64,000 bases of DNA from an uncultured Gammaproteobacteria bacterium. Its GTDB lineage: Bacteria; Patescibacteriota; Microgenomatia; Levybacterales; GWA1-39-11. Below, in pieces: positions 19,534 to 27,961 of the stretch (position 1 is the first letter of the stretch; each line of letters starts with the position of its first letter). Location: NCBI GenBank assembly GCA_964450885.1, contig CAYVFE010000001.1, forward strand, positions 160,489 to 224,488, written 5' to 3'. Position numbers and translations under genes: made by a program. Under the pieces are notes generated by a model. The model was not told the origin of the DNA. It saw only the letters and a program-made list of their open reading frames with translations, and made no database searches.

Positions 19534-22443
19534 ATGTTTGGAGATTTATTTAAGAAAAAACAATACGAGCAAAATCCGGCGGCTCCTCAAAATCCGCAAG
19601 GACCATTTGCGCCTAATAATCAGTATCCTGTACAGCAAATGCAGCAGGGGCAAATGATGGGACAGCCTCAACAGATGCCAGCGCAAATGATGCCAAATCA
19701 AGGGATTGCTGGGTCGACGATGGATCCTGGAAAAAGGCAGAATGTAAATGCTCTTTCCCATTTAGATTCGCGCTCCAATCAGATACTTCAGCAGGCTCAG
19801 AGCGAAGCGAAGAAGTATCAGCATCCAGCGATAGAGCCAGATTTACTGCTTCTCTCTCTCACCTATGACAGAGAGATATATAAACTTTTGCAAAAGCATG
19901 AAGTGGATGTAGCATCCCTTGCAAAAGAAATAGAGTCCAAGCAGCAGGTAGGAACTGCGACAACTCCTCCTATTCTAAGTGAAAGTACTCAGCGTATTTT
20001 TGATGAATCTTATAAATTCGCTACAAAAAGAGCTTCAAGTTTTATTTCTCCGGAGGATTTGCTTTTGGCAGTCTTTTCATCGGAGGCGGCCCAAGCTCTT
20101 TTGACCTCAAAAGGAATCGATAAAAAAGATTTTGAGCAGACACTGGAAAAAGATTCAAAATTCAAGACCGGTAAAAAAAGCGTTATTGAGGAATATGGTA
20201 TAGATTTGACAGCTGAGGCTGGGAGCGGAAAGCTGGATCCAGTCGTCGGACGCGAGAAAGAAATAGAGAGGACGATTCATATATTGCTTCGAAGGAGCAA
20301 GAATAACCCAATCCTTATTGGAGAGGCGGGAGTAGGTAAAACTGCAATAGTTGAAGCACTCGCTCAGTTAATCGTAAAAAAGCAGGTCCCTAAGGATTTG
20401 CAGGATAAGAAAATAATTCAACTCGATCTAACATCGCTCATTGCGGGTGCATCTCATAGAGGGGAATTTGAGGAGAGGTTGAAAAACGTAATAAAAGAGG
20501 TGATGCTTTCTGAAGGAAGACTGCTGCTTTTCATCGATGAGATCCATACATTAATAGGTGCCGGAACTACTGATGGTGCGATGGATGCCTCAAATATTAT
20601 AAAGCCATATCTCGCGAGAGGGCAGTTGCAGCTGATCGGTACGACAACGACAGCAGAGTATAGAAAATATTTCGAGAAAGATAAAGCATTTCAAAGAAGA
20701 TTTCAGGCGATCATCATAGATGAGCCATCGATAGAGACCGCTATTGAGATGATGAAGGTTCTTCAGGTAAAGTATGAGAAATTTCATAACGTTACCATAA
20801 CGCCCGAAGCTATAGAGTATTCGGTTAAACTTTCTAAAAAGTATATTGGAGAACGATATTTACCTGATAAATCAATCGATCTTATAGACGAAGCGTCTGC
20901 TGAGGTAAAACTTATGGCTGCGGAGGGGAAGCGAAAAGATACTCAGGTGGTTCGATCTGACATAGAAAAAGTCGTAAGTGCTTGGACAGGAATACCCATA
21001 ACAAAGCTTACAGAGGATGAAAGCAAGAAGCTGTTAGGTCTTGAAGATCTGATCCATAAAAGACTTATAGATCAGGAGGAAGCTGTAAAATCCGTCTCAG
21101 AGGCGGTTAGACGCGGGCGTATAGGACTTGCCTCAGCAAATCGCCCGATTGCATCTTTTATATTTCTAGGCCCTACAGGAGTCGGTAAGACAGAGCTTGC
21201 AAAAACGCTTGCAGAAATTTTATTCGGCCGTGATGATGCGATGGTGAGGCTTGATATGTCTGAGTATATGGAAAAGCATGAGGTTGCAAAGCTTATCGGT
21301 GCACCCCCTGGGTACGTCGGTTATGAGGAAGGCGGACAGCTGACAGAGGCGGTTAGGCAAAAACCTTATTCTATAGTTCTGCTTGATGAGGTTGAGAAAG
21401 CACACCCTGACGTCTTTAATATTCTTTTGCAGCTTCTTGAGGATGGAAGACTTACAGATAATAAAGGAAATACTATATCATTTAAAAATACAATAGTTAT
21501 AGCTACATCAAATATTGGTAGTAAGCTTATCCAAGAGACTTTGACTACTCAAAAAGAAGTAAAGGCGCTATCTGTTGCTGCAGATAAAGATAGTAAAAAT
21601 GATAGGCAGAATGGTCAGGTTCAATCTGCTCAGCCGCAAGTTTCCCAGCCTCAATCCTCTGCTCCAAGCGACCAAAAGAAACCAGAGATGACAGAGGAGG
21701 AAAAAATCGATGAGAAAGTATTCAAAGAGCTCTCAAAAAATCTTATGGATGAGTTGATAAAGTTTTTCAGACCAGAGCTTATAAATCGTTTTGATGGGGT
21801 CGCAATATTTAAGCCACTAACAGAAAAGTATATGAATGCGATCGCCAAGTTAGGCATAAAAAATACCCAGAAATTACTCAAAGAACAGGGATTTGATCTT
21901 CAAATAACCGATAAGGCTATTGAAGTTCTGGCAAAGGATGGATTTGATCCCGTTTACGGAGCAAGACCCTTAAGACGTCTTATCCAAACAGTTATAGAAA
22001 ACCCGATAAGCATCGAGATAATCGGAAAAAAATTTATCCAAGGAGATATCATAATTGTTGATTATGATGAAGTTACTAAGAATTTTACCTTCAAAAAATC
22101 GCCTAATTCAAAAAGTTTGCAAAATAATTCTACGCAGCCAGGAGGAATTCCACAAAATCCTATAGATCCGAATATAGCTCCAGGTGATGCTTTGAATGTG
22201 AATGGTCAAATGCAAGGCCAACCAAATATGCAAAATGACATGAATGCAAATAATGGTTATCAGCAGGTTGGTCCGATACAAAATGGACAGGCGCAAATGC
22301 CACAACAGCAAAACGGTGGCATGATAGTAGATCCGGCAGCGCCAATTACCCAAGATCCTGCTCCCGCTCCTCCTCCTGTTGACCCGACAACGGGAGAGGC
22401 TATGACGATGGCAGTTAACGGAAATAATCAGAATCAATTATGA
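19534..22443 (+). CDS. ClpC/ClpB-family Hsp100 AAA+ unfoldase (two AAA+ modules, no M-domain, no ClpP-binding loop) with Gln/Asn/Pro-rich N- and C-terminal extensions
   Basis: Start taken at ATG 19534 (MFGDLF). The 19510 ORF start is TTG. Clp_N repeats. D1 has GEAGVGKTA and LLLFIDEIHTL. D2 has FLGPTGVGKTE and SIVLLDEVEKAHPDVFNILLQ. There is no coiled-coil insertion between DLIDEA and SAWTGIPI, and no [IVL]GF tripeptide. Confidence 0.85.
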   Translation: MFGDLFKKKQYEQNPAAPQNPQGPFAPNNQYPVQQMQQGQMMGQPQQMPAQMMPNQGIAGSTMDPGKRQNVNALSHLDSRSNQILQQAQSEAKKYQHPAIEPDLLLLSLTYDREIYKLLQKHEVDVASLAKEIESKQQVGTATTPPILSESTQRIFDESYKFATKRASSFISPEDLLLAVFSSEAAQALLTSKGIDKKDFEQTLEKDSKFKTGKKSVIEEYGIDLTAEAGSGKLDPVVGREKEIERTIHILLRRSKNNPILIGEAGVGKTAIVEALAQLIVKKQVPKDLQDKKIIQLDLTSLIAGASHRGEFEERLKNVIKEVMLSEGRLLLFIDEIHTLIGAGTTDGAMDASNIIKPYLARGQLQLIGTTTTAEYRKYFEKDKAFQRRFQAIIIDEPSIETAIEMMKVLQVKYEKFHNVTITPEAIEYSVKLSKKYIGERYLPDKSIDLIDEASAEVKLMAAEGKRKDTQVVRSDIEKVVSAWTGIPITKLTEDESKKLLGLEDLIHKRLIDQEEAVKSVSEAVRRGRIGLASANRPIASFIFLGPTGVGKTELAKTLAEILFGRDDAMVRLDMSEYMEKHEVAKLIGAPPGYVGYEEGGQLTEAVRQKPYSIVLLDEVEKAHPDVFNILLQLLEDGRLTDNKGNTISFKNTIVIATSNIGSKLIQETLTTQKEVKALSVAADKDSKNDRQNGQVQSAQPQVSQPQSSAPSDQKKPEMTEEEKIDEKVFKELSKNLMDELIKFFRPELINRFDGVAIFKPLTEKYMNAIAKLGIKNTQKLLKEQGFDLQITDKAIEVLAKDGFDPVYGARPLRRLIQTVIENPISIEIIGKKFIQGDIIIVDYDEVTKNFTFKKSPNSKSLQNNSTQPGGIPQNPIDPNIAPGDALNVNGQMQGQPNMQNDMNANNGYQQVGPIQNGQAQMPQQQNGGMIVDPAAPITQDPAPAPPPVDPTTGEAMTMAVNGNNQNQL

Positions 22444-22895
22444 TAAGAAATCTTTCAATAAAAAATAAAAAGTTGATAATAGTTTTGATATTTATAGCTG
22501 TTCTTATTCCTATAATAATATTTATTACAGCTTCAGTAGCTAAGTCAAATTCAAAAATTGATGACATAGCACCTACTCCTATCGATGAGATTCCAAGTGA
22601 GGAGGATGAAAATGCTTACGAATTAGAGCTTCTCGTAGGTGTTCCTACTATCATACCCGGGACTGATATAGAGCTCAAATTAGTCTCAACAAGTAATCAG
22701 CCTGCTGATTGTTTCGATTGTATAGCTTTGACAATAGTCGAGGTGCAAAGCGCAGGAGAAGTGGCTGTCTGGGACTATGCCTGCGGAGGATTTTCGGGGG
22801 AGTGTAATTATCAATTCAAAAAATTTGGATATGTAATCGAAGCCTTAGACTTGAAGATTGATTCGATGGTAGTAAAAGTTTATCCGGAAGAGTGA
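22440..22895 (+). CDS. Small N-terminally anchored protein with four Cys
   Basis: 151 aa, N-terminal TM helix IIVLIFIAVLIPIIIFI, Cys in CFDC...C..C context. ATGA overlaps on both sides. Confidence 0.45.
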   Translation: MIRNLSIKNKKLIIVLIFIAVLIPIIIFITASVAKSNSKIDDIAPTPIDEIPSEEDENAYELELLVGVPTIIPGTDIELKLVSTSNQPADCFDCIALTIVEVQSAGEVAVWDYACGGFSGECNYQFKKFGYVIEALDLKIDSMVVKVYPEE

Positions 22896-25800
22896 TGAAG
22901 AATAATATCCCCCAACCCGTGATATTTGGGATCATCGGGCTAGTTCTGTTTGCGATAGCCTTTTTCGCAATCCTTATTAGTTTGAATAATAATCCCAAAG
23001 CGAATGTGTCGATTTCCGGAGATGATACTATCCGGGAAATTACTGTCAAATATCCAGAGAGCGGATATATAGCCAGATCTACAAATGAGAATGCGGCAAG
23101 AGAGTATTTAGCTGAAAGCGGAATTGTAGGCGAGTCATATATAGATAATTCGGAGATAGCAAGGTCGGTTGAAGACGAAGATGATAGTAGTAGTTCAAGC
23201 GAACATAACATTCAAGTTCCTGCCAGTCATTATTTCTTTCAACAGTATATCGATGGAGTAGCAGTTCAGGACTCTATTTTAGGAGTCCATGTTCGCAATA
23301 ACAATGAAGTGTATTATGTTTCTGGAAATGCGCTGGTTACGTTTGATGTCGAAAGTGAGAATATTACTGTTGAAGAGGCCGTAAGTAAGGCGGTTGATGA
23401 AGCAAAAAAAGAAGTAGGTGAAACAGTAGATATGGAGCTGTCTACCGCAGAAAAAGTGATCTATAACAGTAAACTAATAGGTCTGTCTAGCGACAATAGA
23501 AATATCCCGACAGTAAAAGTGACAGTGAGCACTGAGGCAAATTCTTTAAATTTTGCCAAAGAGTATTTTATATCCCTTATAGATGGGGAAAAACTTGAAG
23601 AAAGAACACTCATTTTTCACGCACTCAACAGAACTATATTTGACTGTGGCGGATCCCAAACTTCGTGTTCGCAGGTTAGAAGCGAAGGAGCGCCTCCATA
23701 TGGAGCCAGGGATATAGATGACGGATATAATTACTTTGGCGATACATATAATTTCTATTTCAATAACTACCAAAGAGATAGTTATGACGGCAATGGTGCC
23801 CAGCTAAGAGGATATATGAACTATTATACGGGGAGTCCTAATGCAGGATGGGATTCGAAAGCTGGCAGGATGATCTATAGCTCGAATATGGTGACCCCAG
23901 ATATCACCGGACATGAGCTGACTCATGCAGTAACATCTTCTACAGCAGGGCTAATATACAACGCTCAATCAGGAGCCATAAATGAGGGGATGTCTGATGT
24001 GTTCGGGTGGGCTGTTGATCCTAACGATTGGACTTTGGGTGAAGGGTCTGCTTTGGGGGTCATAAGATCTTTAAGTAATCCCCCCTCCCATAATCAACCA
24101 GATAGACTTTTCGCATCTAACTATTGGTGCAGTTCAGCTGATAACTACGGTGTACATCAGAATAGCGGAATAATAAATAAAACCTTCTATCTATTAGTAG
24201 AAGGTGGCTCATTTAATACATGTAACGTATCTTCGATCGGCAAAGATAGAGCGCTGGCGATATTCTATCGCGCTTTAACCCGATATCTGACTCCGTCTTC
24301 TAATCTAAAAAATCTATATGATTCCTTACTACAATCATGTAACGATTTGTATGCAGGTGATGCGGGAGTTTGTGAGCAGGTAGATATTGCTTCACAGGCA
24401 ACAGAGATAGATCAACAGCCTGCTGGAAGCCAGTCAGGACCTGTGTGTTCTGGAAATTCTGGACAACCTCCTAAGTGCTCTGGAAATCAGGGAGGAACGA
24501 TTCCGACATCAGTACCGAACCAGCCAACATTAACACCAACGTCTGGAGCTCAGGTGAGATATTATATTTCAGGTAGGATATATCAAGATAATAACGGTAA
24601 TACCCAATATGATACCAGTGACACTCCATTGAGCAATCAGTCGGTGGGTCTTTCTGGGAGTTTTACAGACACCGTCAGTACGCTTTCTGATGGGACATTT
24701 ATTTTCGATAACCTTTTTAACGGAACATTCAATGTTTCTTATGATAGTAGTGCAAGAAATGATATCTCGCTTTCCCAGACGCAGAGTGCGGTGAGCGTCA
24801 ATTTTATCGTGACCAAGGATCCGTTAAATCCGACGCCAACTATAGTAGCTGGTCCTACATCCGTTCCTACGACTCCAACCCCTGCTGCATCCACCCCTAC
24901 CCCTGTATCTGCTACCACGATCCCTACTCCTACAACACCGATCCTATACACATGTGAGTATGATCCGAAATGTGCCACTGGAAAAAAGAATATACAGCTA
25001 TGTCCGCTTGTATGCACAGAGAAATTTGGCGATGGGGGAGGCGGGCGTGGAGGCTCGTCAATTCCTCCAGCACCTACGAGTACTCCTGGTGGCGGATCAG
25101 TGCCAACGTCTACTCCGCAGCCTGGTCAGGTGGCTACATCTACTCCTATTACTGGAAATGGGCAAGGTGCACCCTTGGATGTAGGGAGTCTCGTAAATGA
25201 TGTTTCGGAATCAAATATCAGAAACTATATGCAAAGTCTTGTTGATGATGATGATATCGCGGGGGATGACCAGTCACAAACAAGATACACCTCTACGAAT
25301 GGGAATCAGACAGAGGCAAATTATATATACAATACCCTTCAAGGTTTTGGATTAAACGTGGAGTATCAGCAATTTAATTTTTCCGGCAATACTACAAGAA
25401 ATATAATCGGGAAAGTTCCTGGGAAAGATGCAAATAGAGTTTATTTAGTTACAGCTCATATGGACTCGACATCCGGCTCGACTGATCCTGCTCCAGGCGC
25501 AGACGATAATGCCAGTGGGACAGTAGCAGTTATGGAGGCAGCAAGGGTACTAAAGACCATGCAGGACAAGTTGAATGTTTCGCTAGAATTTATTTTGTTC
25601 TCCGGGGAAGAGCAAGGGCTTTATGGGAGTTCGTATTATGCAGGAAATATTCCTTCAGGGAAAAAAATAGAGGGAGTTATAAATTTGGATATGATAGGAA
25701 ACGATTCAGGGAGCGCGTGTGTGAATTTTGGATATAAAAATTATAATGGTGGAGATATCATGTCAAACAAGATAATAGAGATGATCCAGAAGTATAATAT

Positions 25801-26014
25801 AAATCTTGGGGGATCATCTGTCTCCACATCAAATGCCAGAAGTGATCATGCTCCATTCTGGAGTAGAGGAATTCCAGCAATCTTTGGACATGAATGTACA
25901 TTTAGCTCTGTATACCATAGTACTAACGACAAGATCGAATTTATCAATTTTGCACAAATAACAAATACTGCAAAAGGAGTAGTTGCTGCGGTTGCAGAAT
26001 TATCAACACAATGA
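22892..26014 (+). CDS. Secreted fusion protease: M4 thermolysin-like endopeptidase (FTP+PepSY propeptide) - Cna-B/SdrD-like beta-sandwich - Pro/Thr linker - M28 aminopeptidase
   Basis: Signal anchor. FTP pattern HYFFQQYIDGVAV. HExxH in TGHELTHAV, third zinc ligand in NEGMSDVFG. M28 ligand pattern AHMDS, GADDNASG, GEEQGLYGS, NLDMIG and HSTNDKIEFIN. Confidence 0.8.
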   Translation: MMKNNIPQPVIFGIIGLVLFAIAFFAILISLNNNPKANVSISGDDTIREITVKYPESGYIARSTNENAAREYLAESGIVGESYIDNSEIARSVEDEDDSSSSSEHNIQVPASHYFFQQYIDGVAVQDSILGVHVRNNNEVYYVSGNALVTFDVESENITVEEAVSKAVDEAKKEVGETVDMELSTAEKVIYNSKLIGLSSDNRNIPTVKVTVSTEANSLNFAKEYFISLIDGEKLEERTLIFHALNRTIFDCGGSQTSCSQVRSEGAPPYGARDIDDGYNYFGDTYNFYFNNYQRDSYDGNGAQLRGYMNYYTGSPNAGWDSKAGRMIYSSNMVTPDITGHELTHAVTSSTAGLIYNAQSGAINEGMSDVFGWAVDPNDWTLGEGSALGVIRSLSNPPSHNQPDRLFASNYWCSSADNYGVHQNSGIINKTFYLLVEGGSFNTCNVSSIGKDRALAIFYRALTRYLTPSSNLKNLYDSLLQSCNDLYAGDAGVCEQVDIASQATEIDQQPAGSQSGPVCSGNSGQPPKCSGNQGGTIPTSVPNQPTLTPTSGAQVRYYISGRIYQDNNGNTQYDTSDTPLSNQSVGLSGSFTDTVSTLSDGTFIFDNLFNGTFNVSYDSSARNDISLSQTQSAVSVNFIVTKDPLNPTPTIVAGPTSVPTTPTPAASTPTPVSATTIPTPTTPILYTCEYDPKCATGKKNIQLCPLVCTEKFGDGGGGRGGSSIPPAPTSTPGGGSVPTSTPQPGQVATSTPITGNGQGAPLDVGSLVNDVSESNIRNYMQSLVDDDDIAGDDQSQTRYTSTNGNQTEANYIYNTLQGFGLNVEYQQFNFSGNTTRNIIGKVPGKDANRVYLVTAHMDSTSGSTDPAPGADDNASGTVAVMEAARVLKTMQDKLNVSLEFILFSGEEQGLYGSSYYAGNIPSGKKIEGVINLDMIGNDSGSACVNFGYKNYNGGDIMSNKIIEMIQKYNINLGGSSVSTSNARSDHAPFWSRGIPAIFGHECTFSSVYHSTNDKIEFINFAQITNTAKGVVAAVAELSTQ

Positions 26015-26646
26015 AAAAAATACTACTGATATTAACTCTATTTCTACTGGCATTTTTATTTTTTAGAGGAGAGGGGTATGCACAAGAGAATGGAGGAATA
26101 CTTGTTGTTACAGTTTATGAGACTAGAGAGGATATAGATATATTATTTGAAAATAGCCTTAGGGTCCTCGAGTACCTAGAGGGCGTCGATGTAGAGGAGC
26201 CGATATTTTTATCTCTTGTGAGTGATCAGCAGATAAAAAATCTACAAGACAACAATCTAGATCCACAAGTTATTGATGATAATGCTGATCTTGATTCCTA
26301 CATTCTTTTGTATAATCCTTTAGAAAATCAGGGAGAGAAGCTTTCTGGTTTTGGTGAACCTATAGAAATATCCAAACACTATACGCTTCTCAAGCTATCT
26401 CCTGGTCAGGAATTCTCCCATGAGGGAGAAGGTGTTGCTTTTTTCGATATTCCATTTCAAGAGGTTGTTGTTACTCCTCCGCTTAGAACGAAAACAGCAA
26501 CTGAAGCTATAGATGTAGCTACTGAAAATGAGCAAAGCATAAATCCTGTAATATTTGTAATTTTAGCGATAGTTATAGTAGGTTTGGGAATAGGGGCATT
26601 TTTCTTCATAAGAAATAAAAGAAACGGTGATTATCAGCCTCAATAA
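26011..26646 (+). CDS. Hypothetical exported protein with C-terminal TM anchor
   Basis: Signal peptide MKKILLILTLFLLAFLFF. C-terminal VIFVILAIVIVGLGIGAFFFIRNKRNG. ATGA overlap with the protease gene. Confidence 0.45.
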   Translation: MKKILLILTLFLLAFLFFRGEGYAQENGGILVVTVYETREDIDILFENSLRVLEYLEGVDVEEPIFLSLVSDQQIKNLQDNNLDPQVIDDNADLDSYILLYNPLENQGEKLSGFGEPIEISKHYTLLKLSPGQEFSHEGEGVAFFDIPFQEVVVTPPLRTKTATEAIDVATENEQSINPVIFVILAIVIVGLGIGAFFFIRNKRNGDYQPQ

Positions 26647-26690
26647 TTTCTAGCAATCGACTTGCTTTTTTGCTAAAATAAAGGCTTACT

Positions 26691-27557
26691 ATGGCAAAAG
26701 ATTTTTATGATGTTTTGGGCGTGAAAAAAGGGGCAAGTCCTGAGGAGCTTAAAAAAGCCTATAGGAAGCTTGCTGTCGAGTTTCATCCTGACAAGAACAA
26801 ATCGAAAGAGGCAGAAGGCAAATTCAAGGAGATAAACGAAGCCTATGAAGTGCTTTCAAATCCTGCGAAGCGCCAAAATTATGATCAATTCGGATCTAGC
26901 GGAGCTCAAGGCAGCGGACCTTTTTCGGGTGGAAATCCATTTGGTGGCGGAGGTGGTCAAGGTCCATTCAAATACTATTATTCTTCAAGCGGGGGAGGCT
27001 CACAGGGATTTGATTTCGGTGGGACAGATCCTTTCGATATTTTCGAACAATTTTTTGGTGGGGCTTCTCCTTTCGGTCGGCAAAAACCGTCATATTCTCT
27101 TGCTATCGATTTTATGGATGCGGTAAAGGGAGTAACAAAAAGAATCGACTTGAATGGAAAAAAAAGAGATATAAAAATTCCAGCCGGAATAAACTCTGGG
27201 CAAAGAATTAGATTTGATGATTTTGATATTGTAATTGATGTAAGACCTGACGATTTTTTTGAGCGCCGTGGCGCAGATGTATTCTCCGAAGAAGATGTGC
27301 CATTTACTATGGCGATTCTGGGGGGAGTAAAGGAAATAAGGTCGTTAGAAGGTAAGGTTAAGCTTAAGATTCCAGGAGGAACCCAGCCGGATACGTTGAT
27401 AAGGATTAAAGATAAGGGAATAAAGGAGATCAATGGAAGAGGGCATGGTAGCCACTTTGTAAGAGTAAAGGTGGAGATACCAAATAAGATAAATTCCAAG
27501 CAGAAAAAACTCATTGAGGAATTTGAGCAGGAGAGCTCAAAAAAGGGTTGGTTCTAA
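26691..27557 (+). CDS. dnaJ: DnaJ-family co-chaperone lacking the zinc-finger domain (CbpA/class II-like)
   Basis: J-domain DFYDVLGV...HPDKN, Gly/Phe-rich segment and C-terminal beta-sandwich domains. No CxxCxGxG repeats. Confidence 0.85.
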   Translation: MAKDFYDVLGVKKGASPEELKKAYRKLAVEFHPDKNKSKEAEGKFKEINEAYEVLSNPAKRQNYDQFGSSGAQGSGPFSGGNPFGGGGGQGPFKYYYSSSGGGSQGFDFGGTDPFDIFEQFFGGASPFGRQKPSYSLAIDFMDAVKGVTKRIDLNGKKRDIKIPAGINSGQRIRFDDFDIVIDVRPDDFFERRGADVFSEEDVPFTMAILGGVKEIRSLEGKVKLKIPGGTQPDTLIRIKDKGIKEINGRGHGSHFVRVKVEIPNKINSKQKKLIEEFEQESSKKGWF

Positions 27558-27607
27558 GATTCTTCGAGCTTGATTTGAGGTTTAACTATCCCTAAACTAG
27601 ATATAGG

Positions 27608-27961
27608 ATGAAAACTGCCCTGATGTATCCATTTGAGCTATTAATATTTTGGTATCATGATATTTGTCTGGGTGCGATAGATTATTTTACCCGCCTAAAT
27701 TCGTATATTTTGCAGGTTCTCTCTACGCCACTGCTTTTGAGAACATTCTTCAAGCCTCTCAAGAACGAGTACAGAAAGGGGCTCGTACTGTTCTCGATAG
27801 TCTTTGGAATTCTCGTGAAGACTTTTTTGATCGGATTTTCACTGACGGTCCTGTTGGTCCTTATAGTCATTGAGCTTTTTATTGTGGCGCTACTTTTTTT
27901 GTCGCCAATAATCTTAATCTATTTATTATATGCAGGAGAAAATATTTTTCAATTTATATAG
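27608..27961 (+). CDS. Small hypothetical membrane protein
   Basis: 117 aa with 3 hydrophobic helices. Overlaps the 5' end of the next gene in another frame. Confidence 0.3.
   Translation: MKTALMYPFELLIFWYHDICLGAIDYFTRLNSYILQVLSTPLLLRTFFKPLKNEYRKGLVLFSIVFGILVKTFLIGFSLTVLLVLIVIELFIVALLFLSPIILIYLLYAGENIFQFI

Noticed and set aside
16802-22443. Type VI secretion (ClpV-like ATPase) or classical type IV secretion system
   Set aside because: No TssB/TssC/Hcp/VgrG genes and no VirB4/VirB11/VirD4 genes are present in the window. The ATPase is ClpC-like, so the block is described as an uncharacterised module rather than a known secretion system.
26647-26690. tagcaa-N15-ttgcta inverted repeat before dnaJ as a CIRCE
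   Set aside because: The arms lack the GCAC/GTGC core and the spacing is wrong. It fits better as a weak 5 bp AT-rich hairpin plus T6, a weak terminator at most.
16750-26690. Mobile element or genomic island explanation for the dnaK-dnaJ insertion
   Set aside because: No integrase, transposase, tRNA or direct repeats at the boundaries, and no obvious compositional break. Tight translational coupling suggests a long-resident operon.
27608-27961. Small membrane ORF as an N-terminal part of the membrane Hsp100 via frameshift
   Set aside because: It cannot be decided from sequence alone. Both ORFs are independently open and hydrophobic. It is flagged in the findings rather than annotated as a pseudogene.
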